This document shows, piece after piece, positions 1 through 13,962 of a stretch of 64,000 nucleotides of DNA (its first letter is position 1; every line of letters begins with the position of its first letter). The notes beneath the pieces were generated by a model. The model saw only the letters and a list, made by a program, of their open reading frames with translations. It was not told the origin of the DNA and ran no database searches. A program made the translations under genes and the position numbers. The stretch is from Haliotis rubra (taxonomy: Eukaryota), in assembly GCF_003918875.1 (NCBI RefSeq), contig NW_025765669.1:3844001-3908000 (forward strand), read 5' to 3'.

Positions 1-1223
1 CAGGTGTCCTGGAGGAATGTACAGTTTATCAGCCAGGCTCCACTAGGGCTGCACTGTTAGCCATGTGCTATCTAAATGGTAACTGTGATTATAGTGGTCA
101 GGCTTCACACAACTTGGTCAGTTAGTTAGATAAGCTGACGTCCCTGGTCAGTGGTGTAAGATAGTGTAAATATTTGTTGGCGTATGTAAGTCTTCAGGAT
201 TTGTGGAACAGATTAACGTGGCACTTTAATGAATGTGGACCTCATATGAAACAAACATGCTTGTGCTGTATTGGTAAATATGGATTAAGAGGTTTAATTG
301 TGAATCACAGCCTGTTTAGATCATGTTTGTCAATACAGGTGGTGAAACAAACAATGACAAACCGCATTTTAGTATTATGTTTCTAATTAACACAAATGAA
401 TTAAAATTAAAACACTGTAGCTTTATTACCAAAACTTTAATTTCAAAAATACATTTTGTGTTGTGACTTATGTCCCCTTTATCCAAAGCATCTCAATGCA
501 GAGTTACATCCCTTGGGCGTGCCAGGAACCTGTAATTCTTACAAATCCCCTGTTTCTATTACATCATGGCCATAAGTTCTGCATTTCCACTGTACTCATG
601 CACTTTTAGTCCCTGACAATATATATTTTTGACAGAAATATTCAGAACCTGTGAACAATGTTCACTTACGCATGTAGCATTTCAGTATGGAAAGGAAAAT
701 AGTATGATCAGGTACTGTGAGACAGACTCAGGCACAACTACAAGCCAACATGGCTGATCAGCGAGTTATGTAACTACATCCAGCAGGAGTATTCCATTTC
801 ACATCATTAACTTGTTTGTAGGCCCATACCCTTGTTGTAGAATGCGTTCTTAACCTACATCCTCACGTAGTAAGTCTCAGATTAGTTGCAGATGAAACGC
901 GTCGCACCTACAGCTCTCCATTATAAGTGGAGTGAGTTTAGGTCATGGTGGTTTTGACATGAGATGTGTGAAAATGATCATATCACTTAAAAGACCAGGG
1001 CCCCATTTCACAATAGCAATGTGAGTGATAAGTAAGATAATCTCCAAAATATATCACAAATCAATATGATGATAACTATAAAATATCTGCCCTAACCATC
1101 CATATTGCCCACGAGGGTGTCTCGTTATGCCCTGTATCCCTTATATCAAGTCTTAAAGATATATCATGTTTTACATTTTGAATAATTTTCCTGTACATTT
1201 AGTCACAACAACCAAAACCAACA

Positions 1224-1390
1224 GAGTGAGTGAGTGAGCTGGGTTTTATGCCGCTTTTAGCAATATTCCACCAATATTATGGTGGGGACACCAGAAATGG
1301 GCTTCACACATTTTACCCATGTGGGGAATCAAACCCGGGTTTTCGGCATGATTGGAGGATGCTTTAACCACTAGGCTATCCCACGGCCCC
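1224..1390 (-). mobile_element. tRNA-derived SINE family A, carrying ~200 bp of 3' flank (1021-1223)
   Basis: A/B boxes, tRNA-Asp-like head, (ACTC)n tail; inverted match to 20445-20810. Confidence 0.9.
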
Positions 1391-3007
1391 CACAATAACA
1401 GTCTCGACTATTCTTGTGCAGCTATGACTTTGTGAATGGGGGGCCTGTTTTCTTGTATGGGGACAGTTGGCCCTTTTGTAGGAAATGGCTGTACAGAGTA
1501 AATATGAAAGTCTGATTATTTACAAATTTTCTAATAATAAAATTGTACACAAGCACAATGATTCGTTAAAACACAATCATAAGGGCATTCTTATACGCTC
1601 ACATTTTATGATTGATAGCATACAAATTCACATTTACAACTTATGCTTGTTTAAACTCATTTTCATATTTTCACTTTCACACAAATTCATAGAAGGGAAA
1701 AAGTCTGTAGCAAGTCAGTATTCAACAGGACAAAATGATTAAAAAACACAGTTAATAGTCAAGCCGATGTAATTGCATTTCTGAAGTGTTTTGAAATTCA
1801 TCCAAAATGCAATTATGTCTGACGTTAACACAAATCCTTTCCAACACTAAAGACGGAAGCAGTTGCATCACGATATTTGGCGTCCATTGATGCATCACAC
1901 GATGCACGGTTGATGCAGCCAACATGGAGTTGCTGCGGTGTGCATGGAGTTGATGCGGTCTGCATGCATCACACCATTCCACTCATCTAAACAATGAACC
2001 CAGTGGTAGCTTTATTTATTTGAGTGTCAAAGCAAGCCTTTGAGGTGTGGTATCACGCTCTCATCACTATGTAAACAGTCATGTACAGACACTTATCACT
2101 TCTTGCTGCCGTTTCCACAGAGTTCCTGCAGACTTGGCACCATGTACCATCTGACTTAGTCTTGTATTAGTGGAGCATTACATGCAGGGCAATAGGTGTA
2201 TACTCTTCTTTTTTGAAGAACAGCAGCAGTTCTTTTCACACGTGTTCCAAAACAAAGGAATTCGGTGCCAACATGTGATAAACATGTCTTAAAGAGTCAC
2301 TGTTAACAAAATAATACAAGTAACAAAACCCTTTCCATACTCATAAAAAATCTCTGTTAAACATCATCGTATAACTCAAACTGCATCCTGTGCATGTGTT
2401 TATGAATCACTATAAAATATTAATACCACTTGCTAGCACTTTGCTCCGAGTACGATTTATCACCTATGAAAGAGGGAAGATATGTTTATGAATCACTATC
2501 ACATAGTAATACCATAGGTAAGGATGAGCATGTACTGCTCCACTGGTGCTGCTATGTTACGTCACTACTGAATCAAAATGTTCAGAGTTGTGTCCCTTAC
2601 CCATGCCAGGATCTGCTTGGTACTTAGCTTGGTCTGTCAGCACATTAACCTGCTTGTGCTGTACAGTTGATATCACTTTCGGTTTTCCTCCAAGTCACTC
2701 ACTCACTGACCATATTAAATAATAGTTAATGAGAAATAAATGTAAATGGACAAATTTTGAAATTTGAGTGTTGAAAAAGGTTGTTATACAGAAAAGAATA
2801 TGTTTGTTTCCTTTCTTTAGCAATGTTGTCGCATAATTTTTTTTATATGACTAGAATAAGGATGCTGTTATAAGATTTGATTAAGTATCTATTCCCCAAA
2901 TTGGTAAAACCCTGAAACCTACGCCATTTCAGACTTTCTTCCCAGATTAGGTTAACATTTTTACAAACCCAACTCACTCACTCACCTAATGGTATTTATG
3001 GTTATAA

Positions 3008-3495
3008 TTATCCCCCGCTGCGTGTTTGGCGCGAAGTGGGGGATATAGTAATAGGCTCCGTCCGTCCGTCCGTATGTACGAATTGGAATATCTTAAGAAC
3101 CGTTGACTTGATTCTTTTCATATTTGGTACCTAGGTTCATCACAGTATTAAAAAGGCCCAAGTCAGGTTTGGTGACCTTGACCTTCAATTCAAGGTCACA
3201 AGGGGACTGTAACATTTTACCTGCATGTTATCTATCTCAAGAACTGTTCACTGGATTTTCTTCATATTCAATACAAAGGTTTATCTAGGGAAGGCGCAGG
3301 GCCCAGTTGATTTTGGTGACCTTCACATAATTTCCAAGGTCATGGCGACACTTTGAAGATTTCATCATATTAACCTGCATGTTAAGCTATATCAAGAACC
3401 GTTCACTGGATTTTCTTCATATTTGAAACCAAGCTTTATCTAGGGAAGCAGGGCCCAGTCAATTTTGTGACCTTCAGACACTTTAAAGATTTGAT
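3008..3495 (+). mobile_element. Helentron-associated (HINE/DINE-1-like) element fragment
   Basis: 5' inverted repeat tatccccc...gggggata, (GTCC)n microsatellite, then three ~150-bp core repeats. Confidence 0.65.
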
Positions 3496-3517
3496 AACAC
3501 TAATGGATTTGATAAAA

Positions 3518-3669
3518 TGGTTAAAGTGTTCGCTTGTCACGCCGAAGGCCCGGGTTTGAATCCCCACATGGGTACAATGTGTGATGCCCATTTCTGGTGT
3601 CCCCTGCTGTGATATTGCTGGAATATTGCAAAAAGCAGCGTAAACCCATACTCAGTCAGTCAGTCAGTC
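3518..3669 (+). mobile_element. SINE family A, 5' truncated
   Basis: Matches family consensus; (AGTC)n tail. Confidence 0.85.
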
Positions 3670-5853
3670 ATTTACTTACCAATACTGCAATAGAGTAGAG
3701 TTTCATTCTCATGTACTCTGTCTCTCAGACACAAGAGAATAAATTAAAAAGTAGTCCAAGTCTAGAATGATTAACACGTTCAGATTCAGTTCAAACATCT
3801 GAATTGAAGAATTTTAATGAGCTAATTTTCGATTTTATTTTCGGCATTGGTATATTTTTTAATAAGGTAATTGTTTCTGGGTCTAAAAGTCAGTCTGTTT
3901 GGTAATGGTAGCCAGCTGGGTACCAGACATGCTATTAAACCAATTTTGGCAAGACATTCTCCTTTTTGCACCCTCTGTTATTACATGCACTATAATGTAT
4001 CAGGCAGTAAGTGCACAGATGCATGCAAGAATATAATGCACTGTATCAGGTTAGGATGAGCCAGTTCCTGGATAATCTGGGATTACTTGTGTATGGCGTT
4101 GTTATGGATACCAGAATATCATCCTTCTTTACCCTGCCGAGTCGGCAGTTCTTGGGTGCATTAAAGGCATATAGCACATGCTAGGAGTTATGGCTCTATT
4201 ACATTCTTTTTCCAACTGAATAGATATTTCAAAGGTTTCTCTTTAAATGTGGACCAAGTTGGGATTCCTGGGTAGAATGTGTTTCAAGTTCCCCATGCTG
4301 GTCGTAAGATTTATTAAGAAGCAACAAACAGGATCAGGTGGTTGAAATGTCTGGCCTTGAGGATTGTGTTTCATCACGTTCAGATGGTGTGGATCTTTTC
4401 TTGTGCTGCAAGACTAAGTCAGCTCTAAACCAAGTTAAGTGCCTCTTACAGAGCCCAGAGTGTACAGTTATTAAAACATTCCCCAGTGCTATACTCTTAC
4501 ATTTCTCAGCTCTAGCCATCTATATGTATCTCCTCTTCCACTAATGGTGAAATGAAAGGATTTCTGAGATCCTTATTACTCAAGTGTATATTTAAGCTTT
4601 CCCATAACTTAATTCCAAAAGGGGCAGTGGTTAAAGCATTCACTGCCAATGCATGAAGACCCGGTTCGAGTTCCCCACACAATATTGCTGGAGTATTGCT
4701 AAAAGCGACGTAAAACCCAACATACTCAATGACTAATTCCAAGGACAATATGTTAACCTAGACCCAATCAGTGCCATGCCATTGTGTTATCTGTGATATT
4801 ACTGACTGGGTTGTATACTCAATAACAAACTCATCAAAGACATATTTGAACATTTGATAATCAGCTTTTTTTCATTCTGTGGCTCATAACACTGTTATAA
4901 TATTGAGTATTGAACAAATCAAGTCAATAGGAAGAAAAGACATTTTGAATGAGTTGCTTATTCTGGTTGCCACTTACGTTCCCTGAATGACATGTTCCTT
5001 GAATGACGCTGATGAATGATAGCTACATTGTATAAACCTGTACTTGTTTGCTACAATGTATTCATTTAGATACATTGACGACATTTCTGGTGTATATTAC
5101 TAACATATAATACAACCATAACCCTAGTGTACATTTCTATATGTCTTTGTTGGGACTTTCTGACACTGCACATGTAATTAGGCATAAGTTGGTGTCGTAT
5201 TGAGAGGTAATTTCTGTTTCTTGTGTACTTCATGAAAGGTGGGATCGCACATTGTTGAGGCATGAACGGAATCTAGACAGTGGTACATATTTCTATAGCG
5301 TCTTGGCAAGGAGCACTTGACTTCAAGGATTCTATGACCATGTGACTTGCTATGGTGTATATTGCTCTTAACACACGTGGTTACATGGACTACATCACAG
5401 GCTGTACTAATTTATTTGACAAATCTAATTTATGTATCCTATATTTGTAAATGAAAATAATTCTCTTTGAAAATGAAATGTAAGCAAAAATCAGAAAGAA
5501 TCTCATATGGTGCTGAGTTTAGAAATACTATTTCCCAAACAACTATTTATGTTTTATGTATCCTTATATGTGAACAAATATTATTCTCTTTCAAAATGAA
5601 CTAAAAGAAAAAATCAAATGGCTTGAGTTGCCATGAAGGAATCTCCCATGGTTCGTTCAGAGTTTGAAAACACTATTTCCCAAGCCACTATTTATGATCT
5701 ATGTGCAGTTCCTTTGCTCTGTAATCATTCAAACAAATTCCTCTTGAGTAAACTTCATTAGAATATTAATTGCTAATTAAGTGTTCCGGTGTCAGTTGGT
5801 ATGTGTCTCTTGTAGCTGCCATTTTTGATTATATCATTTCCTAATTTCCCCAC

Positions 5854-6147
5854 ATAGGTAAACAGTTTATCTCTGAGCAGTACATTAAAAGCTTATGTCA
5901 ATAATAAGATCTGTAACAGACACAGAAGTCTTTAAATATCCTCCCTGATGGAGATAGTTGTGTGGGATATAGTATCCTAAACCTCAAGGTGATGATAATA
6001 ATAGGTAGACAGTTTACCCCCAAGCAGTACATTAAACTGGTGTCAATAATAAGATCTCTAACAGCCACACAAGTCTTCAAGTAACGTCCCTGATGAAGAT
6101 AGTTGTGTGGGATACAGTATTCTAAACTTCACGTTGCTGATAAGATT
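5854..6147. repeat. Diverged ~147-bp tandem duplication (older 2-3 unit repeats also at ~5410-5700 and ~6435-6680)
   Basis: ataggta(a/g)acagttta... at 5854 and 6001. Confidence 0.75.
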
Positions 6148-8909
6148 GACGTAACGAGAAGATTTATTTCCGTGCGTTTTGAGTGGCAGCACAGCAATGC
6201 AGTCGTGTTGTTTTGTTTGGGTGCAGCAATAGTCTGCAAATGGAGATTGTCTGTTTTCTGAGTAGAAGCTAGCACACCTTGATTGTCTTCCCACCTGTTC
6301 CCTGTTTCCGTGACGGCCATTACACGCCAGTCCAGAATCATGTACTGTAGACAAGGTCTACTCGACAAACATCATAAGAACTGTGTTGCTTTAAAGTGAA
6401 ACTGCCTTTAGACTAAGAATTGTATGCTTATTCTTGTCAGTTAACTAACAGTAAACATGAATTCTTCAACTCATATATTCCTTAATCCCTTTTCTGTGTC
6501 AGCGAAGGAGGAGAATTTAGCAGGTTAGGTTAACTAACAGTAAACTTGAATTCTTTAACTCTAATATACCTCAACCTTTTTTCTCTGTCAATGAAGGATG
6601 ATGATTGATGAGGTTAGGCTAACAAACAGTGATTCATTCATTAACTTATATTCTTTAATCCTTTATATTTGTCAATAAAACAGGCTGGTAGTGTTTTGCT
6701 GTGCTTGCACAAGGGTTGAGTTTGAATTCGAACATTCATTCCTGTTGTCATGTGATCTGACGGTGGGGTAGCACAGTGGTTAAAGTTTGACCTGCACACT
6801 TGGGTTCATTTCTGAACATGGCTACACTTTCAAGATCCATCCCTAGCAGGGTCTTCACTCCTGAGAGTTTCTAGGGCTTCAGACTTACCCAACACAAAGC
6901 CACATTATCCCCTTAAGCAAGTGACTTTCTTCAAAACATACCTATGTTCAACAGCAGTCAATGGGTACCCAGTAGGAAGGGATAGTAAGGTGACTGTTTT
7001 CTTTCTAATGCCTCACAGGCAGCTTGGGTTGTATACTTCCCAAGAAGTTGAGAAAGAAAATCATGTACACAGTAATCCATTGGCTGTGTAATAAGAGTGC
7101 ATTATGAGCATGATATGAAACATAGATAAAGCACAATACAAATGGCCTATTATATTTTACATTATGTTATATTTTTATTATATAAGAACTCAAAACACCA
7201 TTTGTAATATCCAGAATGTTTTTAAAACAACAAATAAAACAACAATATAATTTCCATAATTATGATAAATGAATACGAAAACCAGAACCTATAGTACACT
7301 GCCAACATAATCACAAGCACGCATTCATGAAGTCTAGTCATTAAATGCTTTAAGTATCACTGTGAAATATTTAATTATCATTCTTGGATATATTATCCTT
7401 ATGTAATTTTGTAATTGCTCATTTGATTCGGAAAGAAGGGGCATCATTCTCCACTAAATTTAATGACACTGTCATTCAGTGCAGTGTTACTCCATGCAAA
7501 GATTGAGGTGGTTTTAAATAATCCAAAACTTCTTCTCAACATCTGTATTGTACATGTGAACTCAACTGCAAATATGGAAAAAGGGATAAAATTAAATCCA
7601 CAAGACATAAATTTGATGACATTGCTCAGTACATGTCATCACAAATTAGTCAAGTTTAGACTCAAGGATTGGGCCATTCAGCCCAGGAGCTATAAATTAA
7701 GAGCTGTTATTGGTGTTAACAAATTCATGGGTTGACCCCTTGGTCTGTATGGAAGCTGTGTGATCCTTGTTGGGTGTTTGTTAATATTTACACATAAATG
7801 ATATACAGATGTGTTAAAACACTTCCATTGAACTTGTATAGGAAACAAAGTGGACCACTTACTGTCTGTGTTCAGACCTTAATGTGGAGATTGAAATCAG
7901 CTGAGGTCTGTTTAGGGTTGGTATTATTTGGAAATATTTGTTTGGAAACCATTACCATGTTTGTACTATTTCCCTGAGAACTTTCTTTGGTGGTTATAGT
8001 CTGATTTGAATATGAGGGAAATTAGTTCCCCTTTACCCATCTCTCTGAGGATGAAAAGATGAAGAAATGATAAAGAGGAAGGGCATATTGCTCGGAAACA
8101 CCCAAAGCATGAACATGACTAGTTATAAAGGAAGCTAAGTGGTATTGTGCTTGGGATATAATCTTTAGATATATACAGTTCTTTAGTGATTCTGTTCAAC
8201 TTCACAAATACATAACTACATTTTTCTGTACATCTTTTGAACTTCATACGTATACAAAATAAGTAAGTATACATATAATTTCAATCATTCCCTTGCACAA
8301 TGTGTATTATGTTGAAGATGTTTAAACTGTTTGTCAAATATTATATCAGTTTATGTTAAGGTATTTCAGTCATGGACAATATGATCAAAGCTGTTTTTCT
8401 TGACATAAAAAACAAAATTCACTTGTTGAAAGGGATGTTTTCTATCATGTCAACGTCACTGGTTAAAAAGCAGTGTATCAGAAAAACACACTTGTCATCA
8501 CTTCTTGAGAAGACAAAAAAAGTTGCCAAATGTTTCAACAAGTTGAGGTTTATCTTCATTTGGAGATGACAGGATTATAATCGTGACATTATACTAACAC
8601 TCATTTGATACTACAATAATAACCTGTTTGTTTTCCATGGTGATGATTGCCCAAGAGAACTGACTGGAGAGATGTGGCCGACCTCACATCAGGATTTCAC
8701 AGTGATTAGCTGTCACTTTCCATACAGTTTCACAAAAACAGACATCAAATTCTACTTCTCAGCTGACAGAACTAACATACCAGGTGATGTTTGAATGCTG
8801 AGTTACAGCAACATTGAAAGAACAATGTTTTCACAAGTGTTTCTACATCCAGCTGGTGTACATCACCCATGAGGTGACACCAAGAACTGATGGCACTTGC
8901 CTGACAGCA

Positions 8910-9350
8910 ACACCTCTGTGGCCTAGTAGATAGAGTGCTTGTCAGGAGAGAGGAAAGGTGGTGGTTCAGTCCCCAGACTTCTTCTGTGGTGTATTGGATA
9001 GAGTGTCTGCTAGGAGAGACGAAGTGTGGTGGTTCAATCCCCATACATCTTCTGTAGTGTATTGGAGAGAGTGTCTGCTAGGAGAGACGAAGTGTGGTGG
9101 TTCAATCCCCATACATGTTCTGTAGTGGAGAGAGTGTTTGCTAGGATGGATGAAGGGTGGTGTTGTGATCCCAGACTTCTTCAGTGGTCTAGTGGAGAGA
9201 GTGTCTGCCTGAAGAGATGAAGGGTAATGGTTTGATCCCCAGACTTCTGTGGTCTAGTGGATAGTGTGTCTGCCTTCACAGCAATAGGGTGGTGGTTCGA
9301 TCCCCTGACCTTTTCTGTGGTCTAGTGGATAGTGTGTCCAACTGGAGAGC
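8910..9350 (+). repeat. Tandem array of about 6.5 tRNA-like SINE heads (~67 bp) with A and B boxes
   Basis: TGTGGTCTAGTGGA...GGTTCGATCCCC-like motifs recur about every 67 bp; similar to the head of the SINE at 46689. Confidence 0.75.
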
Positions 9351-11206
9351 TACAGGATGGTGCTATCTTAACCAAAGTCATCAACATTTATTACTTGTTA
9401 AAAACCCTATCTGGTGTTTGATCTGCATCTTGCAGCTGGTATATTCTGTATCTGAGTGGGTGTCCAGGTTAAACTGCAGCATGTATCTCCGTAGCCTGGC
9501 AGTGTAAAACAGGTATTAGTGTGGATTAACAAGCAGTCACATACATTGCACACACACACAGTCACAGACACACAAAGACACACACACATTGCTGTATAAA
9601 TGCAATAATCTTCTACCTGATATTAACGTCTGCTCACCTCCCCTCAGACTAACAGCATCCCAGACTGAGCACCCTTGATGTGTCAGGACCATACCTGTCT
9701 CCTGGCTTTCAATGAACCAGTCTACATCTTGCCAATTTGTGCTATCCTTTCTAATTCAACTGAAATGCCTTGATTTAATTGAAATTCGGTTCTGGGGAGC
9801 ACTGAAAATGTTTACTTGTCTTCTCTGGTAAACTAAAGTGAATTTATGATGTAAAATGTTTGGTTTCATCTGTCAAGGGATTTCTTCCCATACTAAACAG
9901 ACCAACTTCATTAGCTAGATATGTGCACTATTTGGACCAATCACAGACAAATTATGTTGCTGTTAAGTCTGTGAAAGCAGCTCTGCTTGAACATTCCAGT
10001 TCTTCATTAACAGAGCCTGGCGTGAGTCCATGTCAACGCTTTATGTTAATAGATGTGGTTAAACGCTTTGAGGTTTAGATACTTTTGTTAAAATGTTTGT
10101 ACGCTAATTCACGGAACTCAAAGAACAGTTTGGTTGTTGTTTTAAAGGGAGCATGGTAAGTATTTATTATTGGTTCAAACGTAAATCAACACTAATCACA
10201 AAGCTGTCATCAGCATTTTAAGAGTCGCACCTTCGTTACTCCAGTGCAAGGTCAAGGGAACACAACCTTCAAGGTCATTTAATGTTTATTGTTACGGAAG
10301 AAACGTTATCCTCATCAAAGAACCTCTAAATTCACACCTCCCTCCTTCACTCAGTTTAGGGTGGAGTTATGGTTTGTTGAGAAGTCAGGAGAAAATTGAC
10401 CTGTGTTTAGAATGTAATTGAGAAAACCGCAGAATGTGTGAAAAAGTGCCGCAGGGCGTTAGAGTAGACAAGTGGGAATTGTTGTGGTATTACACCGGGA
10501 ACTACTTCGAGATTGTCTTCTTCTGTAGGGCAAATGTCTCGCAATTGAAACTTAATTGTTGTAGGATGTTCAGTGTTTAGAAGTATAGGGTCAACAATGT
10601 GTGCTGTATGAAAGAGCTACTTATACACTGAAGGTCTAACGAGGTCAGGTGGCGGTTGGTCTCCTGTGTCAGATCACTTGTCCTGTTGGATCTCCATAGT
10701 GAAATTCGCACCATCATGTCAAAATGTCATATCAGAATTGTCCATTACAATGGATCATTACAGCTTTTACGCCTTAAGATTCATTTTTGATTCACATCAC
10801 GGGTGTACAAAGAGTCTAGCTCTTTCTTGATGTCCTCTGCCATAAACTGCTTTTTTGGTACTATCTATATCAAATGCCAGTGTCATTTATTATTCTTCAA
10901 AGTGACATTGAGAAGCATTCAATGTTCAGAGTTGTGTCCCTTATTAATTCCAGGATCCTGTGATTGGGAGTTTGAATCCCAGATTCCACAAGATATGTAT
11001 CTGTATTTCTTGTACCTGCTGTGTTTATATTTGTAGTTTATAGAATATTGCCACTGTTTCTTCATGGAATGCTATGCAATAAATATCTTATCTTATGTTT
11101 CTAGGTTTGTTAACACCGTATTCATACTCATGGATTCCAACAAAGTGTTAAACATCTCAGCCCTTCAAGCTTTCCTCCTTCATTGAGCTGTTATGAAATA
11201 TATTAC

Positions 11207-11438
11207 ACCCATGAATATTTGGGTTAGAATTGGTCTTCAATAACCCATGCTTGTCATAAGAGGTAACTTACAGGTTCGGGTGGTCAGGCTCGCTGACTTG
11301 CTTGAGTACATGTCATTGTATCCCAAATTGCGTGGATCGATGCTCATGCTGTTGATCACTGGATTGTCTAGTCCAGACTCGATTATTTACAGACTGACAC
11401 AATATGGCTGGAATATTGCTGAGTGCGGCGTTAAACAA
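11207..11438 (+). mobile_element. SINE-like family B (GTCGTAAGAGGCGACTAA-type central domain; 3' end similar to family A)
   Basis: Multi-copy in window; ends gctggaatattgctgagtgcggcgttaaac. Confidence 0.82.
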
Positions 11439-12374
11439 GTAAATAGAACATGACATATAACTGTTTAAAGGTTCATGCCATTGAAATTACATTGATCAAC
11501 ATTATATATTCTTAAGTGTGACTTATTCTTCTTGCAGTGTTGAAATTACCCCTTATAACTTTAAAAAACTTGTTGGTGTATAACAAGATAAGGAAACCAC
11601 CCTGCGTTTGGCTTCCTTGCTAATTAAGAGTGACCTAGTGGGCTTGAATAGGCTGAAAGAGGGATGTTTGGCAATGACCCAGTAAGGCCTAACACATACA
11701 CGATGAGGATCTTATATCAAAGCGAAGGTCCTTGATAAGTTTTTGCACAATGAATAATTATTCAGTGATGTGATCGTTACTGTTGTGCTTTGAAAAGATA
11801 TCACTGATATCGGCCCTTGTGGTATAAGTGGCTACAAGACACGGAGGGAACGGGGAACTGTGTGTTTCAGGGTAGGAGATAAGATGTAGCATGGAGGTGG
11901 CAAATCTGAAACTATTGTACAAGTACACCTTCAGATAAAGCCGCTATTCTTTGTTGCAGGCTTTCAGGGATGGAACAGATTATTGATAAATCCTAGACAC
12001 CCTCTTCTGTCATTTTTAGGTTTTGGGGGAGAATATTTGAAAGGGAGATACTGTGCAGGTTATTTGTTTTAGGTCATAAAAGAATGACAAGGCAAAAAGG
12101 TTTAAGTAATATTATGCTGATGCTTCATTATCAATTTACAGAAATGACTGATTCCTTTGATAAGTAATTCTTGCAGAGTTCATTGTCTTTCATTGTCTGA
12201 AATTGTATGTTATATCATTTTCTGTTTAAATGTTTTCATCTGCATCATATGGAGAAGATGTAACATGATGTATATATTTCTATCATCTACAGTGTTGTTA
12301 AATAATACTCTGAAGAATTCCAAAGGGATAAGTTCCTATAATCTTACAAACGTCAATGTCTCCAACAAGTGAAA

Positions 12375-12547
12375 GGGGCAGTGGGTAGCCTAGTGGTTAA
12401 AGTGTTGGCTCATCACGCCAAATACCCAGGTTTGATTCCCCACATGGGTACAATGTCTGAAGCCCATTTCTGGTGTCCCCTGCTGTGATATTGCTGGAAT
12501 ATTGCTAAAAGGGACGTAAAACCATACTCACTCATTCACTCACTCAG
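12375..12547 (+). mobile_element. SINE family A
   Basis: Full length; TSD caagtgaaa. Confidence 0.9.
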
Positions 12548-13862
12548 CAAGTGAAAACTCTATATGACAGTATAACATCTGTTTGTACCTAGCAACATGA
12601 TAGATCACCAGGCTAGACACGGACATTGCAACATAATGGATCCGTACCCCAGACAACCTATATTCTAGGTAGTCAAAGCCAGTTTTTGTACAAAGATCAT
12701 CCAAACCATAAGAAGGCTGTGATTCAAAGAAGATTATGTTTCACTTCAAAAAGAAAATAGTGTCTCTACATCCGTAATGCCTGAAGATCCATGTCTCTTT
12801 AACTTTGTCAATGTGCCCTCCGTAGTTGCGACAAGACTGGACCCGCATTGTCCCAAAGTTCCATTACACCAAAGGGCGGGCTACTGTCTTCGCACATGAT
12901 CAGCCATTATTTACGTTATCAACAACACATAATTTCCTTTAGTGTGACTCGACAGCTACTTATTACAGAATGGCTAGACTTGCCTTTGTCATTGACAGTG
13001 CTTGTAAAGGATGTTCGCTTCTGAAGCTTTGCTTCTAGATTACAAGGTCCTAAGGATTTCCTTTACAAAAAATACTATGTTAAGGACTCGAGGATTCAAA
13101 GCCGTTCACCTCTTCATCAAGATTTTACAATAAAGATAATCTTGTTCTGACGCCTGTGTTTAGTGTCAAAGTAGTAATGAATTGCTTGCTTACGGAAATT
13201 CAAGACTTCAAGAATTATTTTTAAAAAGGCCCTTATGTAATATAATAGGCCAGATGAATAGACCGGTTTATCCTTTTGAGAAAAAATTTGATGGTTTGAA
13301 TAATAGATCAAGTGTGTATTTAGGGTTAAAGCCTTTGTAGTTTGTTCAGAGGATCATCATTCAAGGGGCTGTTTTTTGTCGGTGAATATTTTACGCTTTT
13401 TTATGTCAACATAGGCAATGATAAACATGCAAATATAGAAATTGAAATAGGTTTTGAAATGCATTGTGTGGGGATTTGTCATGCACTCGATCCTGTTTGT
13501 ATATTATGTACTGGGATAACATTACGGGGGTTATCAGCCCAGGGCAGCTTGAAGTAGGCTAGACTTTCTTCAAGTCTCCTCAATATAGTGGGTAGAAAGT
13601 CCTTAAGAAAAAGTGTACTATGGAAAGTCTGCATAGTGCAATAGGAATCCTGTAGTGATACTTTAGATCTGTTGTGTGGTATAATGTATTATTTTCTCAG
13701 ACTAGTTTTTTAAGTAAATATGTGATATAATGCTATTGTATTGTCCTTTGATACAGGTTTGTATGTGACATGAAAGAGTAACATGTTCACAATATGTCTG
13801 GAATACTGAAAACTTGGATATTGGATTATAAGGTACAAGATCTTTGTTTTTTTGTTTTTCAG

Positions 13863-13962
13863 AGATGGAATCGGAGTTCCAGATCTTTTCCCACGAAGAC
13901 ATCACTGGGTATGTCCAGTTGACAGTGGACATTGAACGGGATCAACTGTTAGTTGGAGCAAG
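13863..13962 (+). CDS. Sema5: Sema5 exon (start of Sema domain): MESEFQIFSHEDITGYVQLTVDIERDQLLVGAR
   Basis: ttttcag acceptor, AG|gtaagg donor; LLVGAR semaphorin motif; phase 1 to 2. Confidence 0.9.

Noticed and set aside
880-910. GAAACGCGUC hammerhead-like half core
   Set aside because: No upstream CUGAnGA box.
1858-1975. Cluster of TGATGCA/TGCATCA motifs as an enhancer
   Set aside because: Could equally be decayed transposon subterminal repeats; no support from sequence alone.
5935-6140. CUGAUGA...AAAC hammerhead-like motif in a 147-bp tandem repeat (retrozyme-like)
   Set aside because: Both copies have UAAA instead of GAAA, one has CUGAUGG, and stem III cannot form.
13865-13867. ATG as the Sema5 start codon
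   Set aside because: No signal peptide follows and a strong acceptor lies 2 nt upstream; I could not find the true first coding exon in 1-13860.
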